A program made the position numbers and the translations under genes. Under the pieces are notes generated by a model. That model had not been told where the DNA came from and ran no database searches. It worked only from the letters and a program-made list of their open reading frames with translations. 64,000 nucleotides of DNA from Eledone cirrhosa (lineage: Eukaryota), in assembly GCA_964016885.1 (NCBI GenBank), contig OZ024755.1, forward strand, positions 40,424,001 through 40,488,000, read 5' to 3'. Below, in pieces: positions 30,850-43,184 of this stretch (position 1 is the stretch's first letter; each line of letters opens with the position of its first letter).

Positions 30850-30853
<4 letters not shown>
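27611..30853 (+). mobile_element. PLE 3' half flanked by ~1-kb inverted pLTRs (27611-28612 / 29877-30815 plus tail)
   Basis: 28613-29611: INFTMEYSHQQLPFLDIL..YYKPTD..SCHP; CDRPNCGIC linker; RIYVLTWSGCREQYIGQT GIY-YIG; frameshifted. Confidence 0.92.
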
Positions 30854-30919
<66 letters not shown>

Positions 30920-31089
30920 CACCTTGACTGCTTTAGTCGCTGTCCAACGAGAAGCAAAATTCAGTCTGAGAAAATGATATAGACCAGTCTAACCAATTTG
31001 AATTTCAAGGAACTTAATTTCTTTGAATTAGCACAAGTACCCTACCTTGTTCAATAATACTGGGAATTTAATTTTTGTGTAGAATAAAA

Positions 31090-32050
31090 TTCACATTAGA
31101 GACTAAGAAAATAAACATTAAAATAAACAAACATAACAAATTCCCAAAAGGTGAGGAGACTGCAATGTTATTCGTGGGGAAAACCTACAAAAGCCACGGT
31201 CACCTGACCGCTAGGGCAAGCGCCCTCTCCCAGTTGTCCTCCCTCAATACTAAAGGCACGCGTTCAGGGCAGGCCTATTCACATGGGTCATTATTGCCTC
31301 ACTCACCTTCCTTTCAAAACTGATTTTCTTTTTCAGGTAAAACCTGAAAAAGATAATAAGAGCGTCGACAAAGAGAAAAATGCCCATTTTCAACCCTTTC
31401 AGACGCGTCTACCATAGGACATCTTTTACTCTGGCCACCAGACAGATAAAAACTGCTTGCCTTTCTTGGTTAAAGGTGGGTGATGAAGGACTCAGCTGAT
31501 AACCGGATCCGTCTTACACGTGACTGCAGATGTTCGACATAAACACACAAGTCGGCGATACTCGGACACTGGGCGAGTGTGTGCAGGACGGTCTCGTTGC
31601 CCTGAGAGTATCTCGGACAGACCCGGCTGACGGCACTTCCATGTCTGTAAAGTTTATCTCAAACTGGAAATGCTCCTCGGTAGCATAGTCAATCCAGGGA
31701 ATTTGGAAGTTTTCCATTGGCTCTGGACCGAAAGTCCTCCGGAAAATAATAGCTTGTTGGCTTTAGTTGACACCCTCTATAGAAAGCCAAGGGGAAGTTT
31801 CCACCGATATCAAAGTCCAATTGGCAAAAGGGCAGTGAGCGCTTCGAGACATTCCAGTTTCCAAGTGCTCCCTCTTGGTGGTCTCCGCTTGACCCAGGAT
31901 TGCAGCTCCGTTAACGAGACGAGCTGAGTCAAACGTGCCTAGCGGTGACCACACTGTTCACAGTCAGTGAACATCTGGAGGTGTAGTCTCAACGCATGTC
32001 TGCGCATCATCAGCCACGGCATGTCCAGTCCTTCACGTAGCGGATGTTGA
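31090..32050 (-). mobile_element. diverged L1/Tx1-like LINE fragment
   Basis: 31890-32045 aligns by eye to 62620-62790 (HPLREGLDMPWLMMRRHALRL). Confidence 0.7.
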
Positions 32051-32051
32051 G

Positions 32052-32535
32052 ATGTGTAAGTGTTGTTTGTAAGTTATGTGTAAGTGTTGTTTGTAAGTCA
32101 TGTGTAAGTGTTGTTTGTAAGACATGTGTAAGTGTTGTTTGTAAGTGTTGTGAAAGTATTGTTTGTAAGTGTTGTGTAAGTGTTGTTTGTAAGTCATGTG
32201 TAAGTGTTGTTTGTAAGTCGTATGTAACTATTGTGTGTAAGACATTTTTAAGTGTTGTTTGTAAGTCATGTGTAAGTGTTGTTTATAAGTCATGTGTAAG
32301 TGTTATTTGTAAGTCATTTGTAAGTGTTGTTTGTAAGACATGTGTAAGTGTTGTTTGTAAGTCATGTGTAACTATTGTTTGTAAGACATTTGTAAGTGTT
32401 GTTTGTAAGTCATGTGTAAGTGTTGTTTGTAAGTCATGTAAGATATTTGTAAGTGTTGTTTGTAAGTCATGTGTAAGTGTTGTTTGTAAGTCATGTGTAA
32501 GTGTTGTTTGTAAGTCATGTGTAAGTGTTGTTTGT
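32052..32535. repeat. 24-bp minisatellite (tgtgtaagtgttgtttgtaagtca), ~20 copies
   Basis: Direct reading. Confidence 0.92.
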
Positions 32536-32647
32536 ACGACATTACTTGGTATTTGAAGGGCAATAATACATTTATTCAAAAACAGAATTGAATTAAATCC
32601 TATGCTGGCGGTGAGAAAAATTAAGATGGAAAGAAAATAGTGCACAT

Positions 32648-33102
32648 AATAATAACAATAATACTAATAATTCTTTTATTATTGACCATAAGGGCCTACA
32701 TATAGGGGACAATAGAAGATAAGTACAGTGGGGGTTTTACAAAAGATTGTGTAAACAATATAAAACAATAACAATAAACAATAAAAATTCTAACAATACA
32801 AATTCCCCAATAAGGGGGAGAACAACCCAGAGGCGACTCAGAAACCTCACCATTCTTAAACCAACCGGCGCTTTGAGAGCGCCGTTAACGGCACCCCTCT
32901 CCTCTCTAAATCAATCAGTGTACGGGCGCATGGTCAGGGTAGGCCCATTCACACAGGTTATCCTCGCAACATTCACCAACATTTTAATAAATGTACAGGA
33001 GGGGGAAGGTAGTACTTCCCTCTCCACTATTACCTTCATTTCCATGTGGAACTTGAAAATGTTGATGAGAGACTGGCCGAAAACAAAAGTGTGTCTTCAG
33101 TC
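32648..33102 (-). mobile_element. 3' end of L1/Tx1-like LINE with (AAT)n-type tail
   Basis: Homologous to 61608-62056. Confidence 0.7.
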
Positions 33103-33870
33103 ATCTCAGCCTAAGGTCGATATATATCACCTATACTTGCCAAGACAAGGAGAAAGAGGGATAATCCAACTGGAACTGCCATACAAAATAACTATTATAG
33201 GCTTTCAAACGGCAATATATCCACTGGATAGTATACAAAAAATACAAGGGAGAAGATACAAACTGGTATCAACACAAACCACAACTAGTAACTGAGACTG
33301 AAGGAATAATAATCCTTTAGCACTTTACCCTTCACACAGATTGCTCTATTAACACAAACCGCCCTGACATTATTATTAATGAATTGGCAGTATCGGTAGA
33401 GGGTCGGACGCCAACCTTTCCAGCATAGTTACGTCCCTTTACGGTCTGAGTTCAAATCCCGTCGAGGTTAACTTTGCCTTTCATCCTTACGGGGGTCGAT
33501 AAAATAAAGTACCAGTAATGCACTGTGGTAATTGCTGGCCTTGTGCCAAAAGTAGAAATAATTATTATTAAATGTTTTAAAAACAAGACCTTCTTACTCA
33601 TTGGCATGACTGTATCGTCTGATAGAAATGTGTCAGCAAAATAGTATGAGACACTGGCTAAATATAAAGGTCTAGAAATTGATATAAACAGAATGTGGCA
33701 CTTTAAAACAGAAACTATTCCAGTAGTGATAGGAGCTTTAGATGACATAAAGAAAGGTTTTCAAAAGTTTCTAGAAAACATATCTGGAAACCCTAACAGC
33801 TATGAAATCCAAAAGATAGTTCTAACAATTACCACTCATATACTTCATAAATATTTGTCTTTGTAATATA
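33103..33870 (+). mobile_element. R4/Dong-like LINE C-terminal fragments (post-RT and RLE end), with SINE insertion
   Basis: PKVDIYHLYLPRQGERGIIQL; KYKGLEIDINRMWHFKTETIPVVIGAL..IQKIVL. Confidence 0.75.
33381..33565 (+). mobile_element. family A SINE
   Basis: Close match to 61365-61553; flanked by attattattaa. Confidence 0.88.
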
Positions 33871-34169
33871 TGTCAACACACCATCTTTTCCGTTTGTGTT
33901 TTGGAGTAAATTTTATCGACATTTAATACCATTGAAATATCTTTAATGTAAAATTAATTCATATATTTTATACTCCTTAATAATTCTTTTTATCTCCTGC
34001 TCACAACATTTTATAATTATTTTCTCAATATATTTTTACTTATTTACCTGTCAACTTTGTTAAGTAAATGTGAGAACGGAAAAATATAGAAAAATAAGCT
34101 ATGGAAAGCTGTCAAAACTAATGATACCTGCCCTAAGTATCGGGTTGATACTCAGTGGCCATTGTATAT

Positions 34170-34377
34170 AATAATTGTTCCTGATTTAGGCACAGGGCCA
34201 GCAATTTGGGGAGAGGGTAAGTCGATTAAATCAACCCCAGTGAGTGACTGGTACTTTATTTTATCGACCCCGTATGGATGAACGGCAAAGCTAACCTCGG
34301 TGGGATTTGAACTCAGAACGTAAAGGGCCATAACTGTATGCCGCAAAGCATGTTGTCCGATGCTGTCAATCCACCGC
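34170..34377 (-). mobile_element. family A SINE (long subtype)
   Basis: Same head and core plus extra gatttaatcgactt..ccccaaattgc segment. Confidence 0.8.
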
Positions 34378-35080
34378 TCTAAAGAAAAACATAATAATAA
34401 TAAACAGAATTGTCTAACACACTGATAGGCAACGGGACATGACAAAATCCCAAACTCCTGGTTGAAATATTTATCAGGAAGTCAGGGTTTAATGGCAAAT
34501 TTTTAGTGAGTCTAAATGACACCCAACTCGCTTACTAAAGGGGAGACCAGCCTGATACTTAAGAATAAGGACACGGCAAATCCCCAAAACCAGACTCACT
34601 CCTTCCTTTAACCTACAAGACTTTAAATGCAATAAGCCATGAAAAAAAATGATCAAGCACTTGGAAAAAAAACATTCTGTTTCCAGAAGAGCAAAGGGGA
34701 TGAGGCAAAAGTTGACATGACTGTAAAGATCGATTATTAGTCAAGACAGTCATAAGAGAAAACTGTAGAATAGTAAAATAGAATGTGAGCGTGGCACAGG
34801 TTACCAGAAGTCTTTTGACAGTGTTCGTCATACGTTGTTGATAGTGGACAATCCAGCCATAAACAAAATAGTGACAATAAAAACATTTGATTAACATGTC
34901 ATGAATAAATGATAGATAGTTCTGCAGATACAAATAAAAGAGGGATTTATAAAACCTGAGCCAATTCCAAGAGAGAGGGACTCCCTTTCGCTGTTCTTTT
35001 TCTGTCAAGTATCGACATCATTATCTGTGATACTAAACATGACTGGACTTCGTTATAAATACTACGATAAGTAAATTAAA

Positions 35081-37248
35081 CACTTCCTGCATATAGACGA
35101 TCTAAACCTGTACTCTGCAGATGAGAGACAACTTGAAACACCCACATCTAGTATATAGACGATCTAAACCTGTACTCTGCAGATGAGAGACAACTTGAAA
35201 CACCCACATCTTGTATATAGACGATCTAAACCTGTACTCTGCAGATGAGAGACAACTTGAAACACCCACATCTTGTATATAGACGATCTAAACATGTACT
35301 CTGCAGATGAGAGACAACTTGAAACACCCACATCTTGTATATAGACGATCTAAACCTGTACTCGGCAGATGAGAGACAACTTGAAGCACCCACATCTTGT
35401 ATATAGACGATCTAAACCTGTACTCTGCAGATGAGAGACAACTTGAAACACCCACACCTTGTATATAGACGATCTAAACCTGTACTCTGCAGATGAGGGA
35501 CAACTTGAAACACCCACATCTTGTATATAGACGATCTAAACCTGTACTCTGCAGATGAAAGACAACTTGAAACACCCACATCTTGTATATAGACGATCTA
35601 AACCTGTACTCGGCAGATGAGAGACAACTTGAAGCACCCACATCTTGTATATAGACGATCTAAACCTGTACTCTGCAGATGAGAGACAACTTGAAACACC
35701 CACACCTTGTATATAGACGATCTAAACCTGTACTCTGCAGATGAGGGACAACTTGAAACACCCACATCTTGTATATAGACGATCTAAACCTGTACTCTGC
35801 AGATGAAAGACAACTTGAAACACCTACACCTTATATATAGACGATCTAAACCTGTACTCTGCAGATGAGGGACAACTTGAAACACCCACATCTAGTATAT
35901 AGACGATCTAAACCTGTACTCTGCAGATGAAAGACAACTTGAAACACCTACACCTTATATATAGACGATCTAAACCTGTACTCTGCAGATGAGGGACAAC
36001 TTGAAACACCCACATCTAGTATATAGACGATCTAAACCTGTACTCTGCAGATGAAAGACAACTTGAAACACCTACACCTTATATATAGACGATCTAAACC
36101 TGTACTCTGCAGATGAGGGACAACTTGAAACACCCACATCTAGTATATAGACGATCTAAACCTGTACTCTGCAGATGAAAGACAACTTGAAACACCTACA
36201 CCTTATATATAGACGATCTAAACCTGTACTCTGCAGATGAGGGACAACTTGAAACACCCACATCTAGTATATAGACGATCTAAACCTGTACTCTGCAGAT
36301 GAAAGACAACTTGAAGCACCCACATCTTGTATATAGACGATCTAAACCTGTACTCTGCAGATGAGGGACAACTTGAAACACCTACATCTAGTATATAGAC
36401 GATTTAAACCTGTACTCTGCAGATGACAGACAACTTGAAGCACCCACATCTTGTATATAGACGATCTAAACCTGTACTCTGCAGATGAGAGACAACTTGA
36501 AACACCCACATCTAGTATATAGACGATCTAAACCTGTACTCTGCAGATGAGAGACAACTTGAAACACCCACATCTTGTATATAGACGATCTAAACCTGTA
36601 CTCTGCAGATGAGAGACAACTTGAAACACCCACATATTGTATATAGACGATCTAAACCTGTACTCTGCAGATGAGAGACAACTTGAAACACACACATCTT
36701 GTATATAGACGATCTAAACCTGTACTCTGCAGATGAGAGACAACTTGAAACACCCACATCTAGTATATAGACGAACTAAACCTGTACTCTGCAGATGAGG
36801 GACAACTTGAAACACCTACACCTTATATATAGACGATCTAAACCTGTACTCTGCAGATGAGAGACAACTTGAAACACCCACATATTGTATATAGACGATC
36901 TAAACCTGTACTCTGCAGATGAGAGACAACTTGAAACACCCACATCTAGTATATAGACGATTTAAACCTGTACTCTGCAGATGAGAGACAACTTGAAGCA
37001 CCCACATCTTGTATATAGACGATCTAAACCTGTACTCTGCAGATGAGAGACAACTTGAAACACCCACATCTAGTATATAGACGATCTAAACCTGTACTCT
37101 GCAGATGAGAGATAACTTGAAACACCCACATATTGTATATAGACGATTTAAACCTGTACTCGGCAGATGAGAGACAACTTGAAACACCCACATCTTGTAT
37201 ATAGACGATCTAAACCTGTACTCGGCAGATGAAAGACAACTTGAAACA
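35081..37248 (+). repeat. 62-bp minisatellite, 35 copies, derived from the RT catalytic motif
   Basis: acttgaaaca recurs from 35131 to 37239 with period 62; unit = cc + HILYIDDLNLYSADERQLET codons. Confidence 0.95.
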
Positions 37249-37507
37249 ATGCTTCATGGATTCACATAAGAAACAAACATGAAATTTGACCTAGAAATAT
37301 GTTTCAAGACAACCATAAAGAAAGGAAAACTAGTGAAAAATTCTAATATCACGCTAGATAAAACTGAAATAAGAAAATTCGATTAGAGACTGACATAAAA
37401 TACTTGGAAGGCGATGAACGAGATAGGTTTCAGCACAGATGAAAGAAAAGGTGGGAAAGAAACATTATAGATTAATTTACTGCTTCAGACAAATGTATTC
37501 CTCTCGA

Positions 37508-37686
37508 GGAAGAAGAAGAAGAAGAAGAAGAAGAAGAAGAAGAAGAAGAAGAAGAAGAAGAAGAAGAAGAAGAAGAAGAAGAAGAAGAAGAAGAAGAAGA
37601 AGAAGAAGAAGAAGAAGAAGAAGAAGAAGAAGAAGAAGAAGAAGAAGAAGAAGAAGAAGAAGAAGAAGAAGAAGAAGAAGAAGAAG
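37508..37686. repeat. pure (GAA)n, ~60 units
   Basis: Direct reading. Confidence 0.97.
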
Positions 37687-38284
37687 ACAAGTAATTAACA
37701 TCAATTCTCAGGTGACCTCAGTATTAAGCGACAGTCTCAATAATCTGAATTCTAAAAGAACTGGCAGGAACAGAGAGAAAAACGAATGAAATAAGGACCA
37801 CATTTAGAATACACCACCCAAAATCAGATGTAGAAAGATTATATTTACCACTAACACTGAGAGGCAGGTGCTTTATGCAACGAGAAAACTATTATAAAAT
37901 AATCACTGTATTATCATTTAATCACTGTAGAACTGCAGAAATATCTACTGAGGAATAATGGAAAGTTAATACAAATAAACGAGAAACATAAACCAAACAA
38001 AAAATCGTTTTCTGTCTTCAAGGAAATCAAGAAATTCAAAACAGAAGCTGGATTGACAGATAATTGGGAAGCAAATGAAAACAAAGAAGAAACAACAACA
38101 GAAACGGTGAAAAGGAAAACTTCAAATTGAATACAAACCTACAGAATACCAAACTAAATTGATGGGAAGAAAAGCGGCAACATGATCAATACCCCAAAGA
38201 GAGGAAATAGATAAGCAAAATCACAGAACTTGGGTGAGAAGGATCTTGTCAGAAACAACTGACTCCAACTGATCCAGACGGGTC

Positions 38285-38323
38285 AGTAGTAGAGTAGTAG
38301 TAGCAGTAACAGCAGTAGTGGTA

Positions 38324-38383
<60 letters not shown>

Positions 38384-38385
38384 AA

Positions 38386-38460
<75 letters not shown>
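38285..38460. repeat. (TAG)n microsatellite
   Basis: Direct reading. Confidence 0.95.
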
Positions 38461-38461
<1 letters not shown>

Positions 38462-38676
38462 AGTATTTGTTTCAAGAAAGAAACGGTTTTTTTTTCAACA
38501 GTTGAACTACTGTTTCTTTGAGTGAAACTTCACCAAATGGTAATAGACCTTCAAGAGAGAATCTGATGAGAGATGATAGAGAAAAGGAATGCTGGCAATC
38601 TGGAATAAAACAGATTTTTCCGAGGAATAGACCAGAAAGTCAGAGAGCAAGCAAGATCTAAAAAGCAGAATATAAT

Positions 38677-39045
38677 GGTTTCTACTTTTGGCACAAGGCC
38701 AGCAATTATCCCAGTGTATTACTGGTACTTTATTTTATTGACCCCGTAAGGATGAAAGGCAAAGTTAACCTCGCCGGGATTTGAACTCAGACCATAAAGG
38801 GCTGTAACTCTATGCTGCAAAGCATGGCGTCCGACCCTTTACCGATACTGCCAATCCACCAAAGCAGAATATAATAGTTTGTGATTTAGGCACACGGCCA
38901 ACAATTTTGAGGCCGCGGAAAGTCGATTAAATCGAGCCAAGTGCAATATTTGTACTTTATTTATCAACCCCGAAAGTATGAAATGTAAAGCTAACCTAGG
39001 AGGGATTTGAACTCAGAAGGTAAAGGGACGTAACTCTATGCCAAT
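38677..39045 (-). mobile_element. two adjacent family A SINEs (38677-38860 and ~38876-39045)
   Basis: Homology; first copy has TSD aaagcagaatataat (38662-38676, 38861-38875). Confidence 0.85.
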
Positions 39046-39384
39046 AGAATTCTTTATTTACTTTGACATGATGGTACCCCTATAACTCTAGCAGGACTTT
39101 ACGGCCACACAAACACCGAACACAACATATAGAGCTAAAAGCCATAGCTAACTATCAACAAGATTAAATATGCCATGTTTATCAAATTCATCGAGTTTTG
39201 CAGTGGAATACGAGAATTAGTCTACATTCTGTGATTCTGCCACAACACGTAAAGAGAGAGGAGTAGTTTGACTACCTCATACTACTCCTCTCTCTTTACA
39301 TCTGCTGCCTGCGTGAATGTATGTGTAAAGGGAAGGAAGGGGGGGGGGGGCTATAGCAAAATAGTGGCTAGCGTTTGTTATGCT

Positions 39385-40035
39385 GTGTATGTGTTTGTGT
39401 GAATGTATGTGTGTTTGTGTGAATGTGTATGTGTGTTTGTGTGAATGTATGTGTGTTTGTGTTTGTGTGAATGTATGTGTGTGTGTGTTTGTGTGAATGT
39501 ATGTGTGTGTGTGTTTGTGTGAATGTATGTGTGTGTTTGTGTGAATGTATGTATGTGTGTGTTTGTGTGAATGTATGTGTGTGTGTGTTTGTGTGAATGT
39601 ATGTGTGTGTTTGTGTGAATGTATGTGTGTGTGTGTTTGTGTGAATGTATGTGTGTGTTTGTGTGAATGTATGTGTGTGTGTTTGTGTGAATGTGTGTGT
39701 GTGTTTGTGTGAATGTATGTGTGTGTTTGTGTGAATGTGTGTGTGTGTTTGTGTGAATGTATGTGTGTGTTTGTGTGAATGTATGTGTGTGTTTGTGTGA
39801 ATGTGTGTGTGTGTTTGTGTGAATGTGTGTGTGTGTTTGCGTGAATGTATGTGTGTGTTTGTGTGAATGTATGTGTGTGTTTGTGTGAATGTATGTGTGT
39901 GTTTGTGTGAATGTGTGTGTGTGTTTGTGTGAATGTATGTGTGTGTTTGTGTGAATGTGTGTGTGTGTTTGTGTGAATGTATGTGTGTGTTTGTGTGAAT
40001 GTATGTGTGTGTTTGTGTGTTTGTGTGAATGTATG
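39385..40035. repeat. ~22-bp (tgtgtgaatgtatgtgtgtgtt) compound repeat
   Basis: Direct reading. Confidence 0.9.
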
Positions 40036-40189
40036 TCTGAGTGTGCATCTTTGTATGTGTGTCTGTGCTTACACGTTTATATTTATATACTCATACATAG
40101 AAATGTATACATATGTACACACACATAGATGCGTCAGCGTGTTGAAAACACATCCTAGTTTTGTGAAGTCCTAAAAATGCTTATCAGAG

Positions 40190-40290
40190 TAAGCAGGCTT
40201 CCAAACAGTTTCCGTCTACCCGATGTTATGGTAAATGTGACATTTGGCCAAGGTGCCTCATAATGGGATCTAACCCAGGAACTATTGATT
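40190..40290 (-). mobile_element. degenerate fragment of a third SINE family
   Basis: gggttagatccca..ggcaccttggccaaatgtc..ggtagacggaaactg: B-box-like plus CORE-like segment. Confidence 0.45.
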
Positions 40291-40479
40291 GGCCAGCTTG
40301 CATCAATATCTGACCTGACATGTTTGAGGGCGAATTTATACGAATATGTTCTTTCGTGTGGGAGTGCCATATATACCCGTCTATATATATATGTATCTGA
40401 CTAAATATGTGTATGTGTGTATATATATGAATAGAGGTATGTGTCGGGTCAGTGTGCATACATGCATAAATACACACAT

Positions 40480-41150
40480 ATATCAAAGGTATAGGGATGT
40501 ATTGAGTTAGAAACTCAAAATAATCTCTTACAATAGCTCTAGGAAAGAGGTTTTTCCGAGCCGTATAGTATAACTGAACAAAAAAGAAAAACGAACACAG
40601 ACATATACATATATGTGTTCAAATCGTAAGGGACCAGATTCGCTAAGGTGAAAAGAATACTAACTATAGACAATAGGGTTTGCCTGACTCAATTTAAGAA
40701 TAAATCAAGAAAAATAAATACAAACCAGATTTGTGGTATCTACCAATCACCCGGACAGTTTTGATAATACTGTTTCGTAATATTAATTGTGAAGAGGAAT
40801 ACCAAAATTCTAGCTCATCAGCGGGTGAAGAATTATTAGTATCCTAGTCCCTTCTAAGTATATTAAAAAACTGGATAGTGTGTGTATATATAACGCACAT
40901 GGTACCAGCACTTAGCGTGTCTCGCAAACTCACGCCACTAAAAATAGCAGCCGGGTTTACTCGACATTTGAATTAGCTCGACGAATTAACGGAGACCACA
41001 ATTCTGGTTTGTATTTATTTTTCTTGGTTTATTCTTAAATCGATTCTAGCAAACCCTATTGTCTGTAGTTAGTATTCTTTTCACCTTAGCGAATCTGATC
41101 CCTTACGATTTGAACACATATATGTGTATGTCTGTGTTCGGTTTTCTACA
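40480..41150 (-). mobile_element. family H3 ORF-less HHR element with fold-back (arms ~40585-40737/40994-41148)
   Basis: Homologous to 26268-26790; arms are reverse complements. Confidence 0.8.
40747..40828 (-). ncRNA. type I hammerhead ribozyme
   Basis: tcacccg CTGATGA g..c GAAA cagt attatcaaa actg TC cgggtga; stem I covaries with the 26443-26518 copy (tcaccca/tgggtga). Confidence 0.8.
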
Positions 41151-41254
41151 CATATACATGTGTATTCCTGCATATGATTACTGTTCACGTGACAAGTCAG
41201 TAAGAATGACAATTAGGAGACTTAGAAATGTTTTTCAGATTATCAGCTACTACT

Positions 41255-42120
41255 GAAAGAGAGGGGGAGGGTTAGATAGAGGGAGGTAGAGAGTGACAGA
41301 GAGAGACAGAGTAAAGGGGAGGCAGGTGGAGAGGGAGATATAGAGGGAGAGGCATTGAGATAGACAGAGAGAAACTAAGAGAGACAGAGTGAGAGGGAGG
41401 CAGGTGGAGAGATATATATACAGGGAGAGGCACTGAGAGAGACAGATAGACATAGAGAGACGGAGAGAGAGAGTGAGAAACCGAGATAGAGAGACAGACA
41501 GAGAGGCGAAGAGAGATAGTGAGAGAGAGGGTGGGGAAGAGAGAAAGAGAGATGGAAAGAGAGGAGGAGAGAAAGAGTGAGAAAGAGAGAGGGGGAGGGG
41601 AAGAGAGAAAGAGTAAGAAAGAGAGAGGGGAAGGGAAGAGAGAAAGAGTGAGAAAGAGAGAGGGGGAAGGGAAGAGAGAAAAAGAAAGAGAGAGTAGAAG
41701 GGAAGAGAGAAAGAGTGAGAAAGAGAGAGGGAGAGGGGAAGAGAGAAAGAGTAAGAAAGAGAGAGGGGAAGGGAAGAGAGAAAGAGTGAGAAAGAGAGAG
41801 GGGAAGGGAAGAGAGAAAGAGTAAGAAAGAGAGAGGGAAAGGGAAGAGAGAAAGAGTGAGAAAGAGAGAGGGGGAGGGGAAGAGAGAAAGAGTAAGAAAG
41901 AGAGAGGGGAAGGGAAGAGAGAAAGAGTGAGAAAGAGAGAGGGGAAGGGAAGAGAGAAAGAGTGAGAAAGAGAGAGGGGAAGGGGAGAGAGAAAGAGTGA
42001 GAAAGAGAGAGGGGAAGGGAAGAGAGAAAGAGTGAGAAAGAGAGAGGGAAAGGGAAGAAAGAAAGAGTGAGAAAGAGAGAGGGGAAGGGAAGAGAGAAAG
42101 AGTGAGAAAGAGAGAGGGGT
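41255..42120. repeat. polypurine tract including a ~34-bp unit (gaagggaagagagaaagagtgagaaagagagagg)
   Basis: Direct reading. Confidence 0.9.
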
Positions 42121-42584
42121 GGTAGAGAATGTAGAATTGTTAAGGAGTTAGAAGATAGGATGTTTTTCGGTTTCTGATCCGGCTGTATGCGCTCTGAGTT
42201 CAACTCCCCCTCCCCCCCCCCCCCGTCTGCCAGAAGTTGTGATTGACAGAGAGTATCAACACTGGAAAGACCAATGAAAACATCCCTTCCTTGGTTCGGT
42301 CTCATGAGTGGCTCGTTTCCTTTTTCATTTTCCATATTCTCTGTAGATGAAAGGTTAACGACAGAAGCGAGAAGGTTGAACTACCAAGACTTAAGTAGTT
42401 ACCGAGTATCTACTGATGATATCGTGGTACGTGGAGGATTAATTGTTAGAGGATTGGGCTCACAATCAGAAGGTCACATGTTTGATATATTGAATCCTGG
42501 AGCAAGACACTTTATTTCACGTTGTCTTGATGATGATGTTGATGATGGTACCAAGCAGATAGTTGTCCCCGTCTATTTTATAAT

Positions 42585-42840
42585 AGGTATTGCTGCAGTA
42601 TCGGTAGAGGATCGGACGCCATGCTTTACAGCATAGAGTTACGGCCCTTTGTGATCTGAGTTCAAATGCCGCCGTGGTTAACTTAGCCGTTCATCCTTAC
42701 GAGGTCGATAAAATAAAGTACCAGTCACGCACTGGGTCGATAAAATAAAGTACCAGTCACGCACTGGGCCGATTTAATCGCCCCCCCCCCCCCCAAAAAA
42801 AAACATATTGCTGGCCTTGTGCCTATAGTAGAAACCATTG
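42585..42840 (+). mobile_element. family A SINE (long subtype) with an internal ~33-bp duplication
   Basis: ggtcgataaaataaagtaccagtcacgcactg occurs twice. Confidence 0.85.
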
Positions 42841-43184
42841 GTTAGGGATGTGTGTGTACGAGTGAGGTGTGTGTGTGTGTGTGCGTGCATGCACGTATGT
42901 GTATTCATGAGTGTTCTATCTAGTCAAGATAGTATTTATAACCTTTATCAAGGATATTCGTAGATAGTATGAAAGGAAAAGGTCGCTCTTTTTTTTATCA
43001 ACAGAGCTGAAATATTAATGTATGCTCGATACATTTGATCGCCGCCTAGGGTTTCAAACCACGCCCCGTGGTCTGCTTGGGCCTGATTTTCATTAAGTTA
43101 ACCATAATAAAACTTTCGTGGCTGATACAGGGGGGTGCTTTGAAACCTAAGATAGCGATCAACTGCGTCGAAAAGACATTAATA

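Larger units (their letters stand above)
34400..38260 (+). mobile_element. decayed R4/Dong-like LINE RT region containing a 62-bp array and a (GAA)n expansion
   Basis: LTKGETSLILKNKDT, FPEEQRG, CKDRLL, IQIKRGIY, HFLHIDDLNLYS, MKFDLEIC, HPKSDVERLYLP in collinear order. Confidence 0.8.

Noticed and set aside
32044-32556. Cys-rich ORF (CVSVVCKS)n resembling metallothionein or keratin-associated protein
   Set aside because: 24-bp minisatellite abutting a LINE fragment; no gene context.
35081-37248. CRISPR-like appearance of the regular 62-bp (and 71-bp) arrays
   Set aside because: No unique spacers, no cas genes, eukaryotic context.
41190-42400. Acceptor-like sites on the minus strand (~42345 and ~41253) suggesting host exons
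   Set aside because: No convincing donors or recognisable protein; needs RNA-seq.
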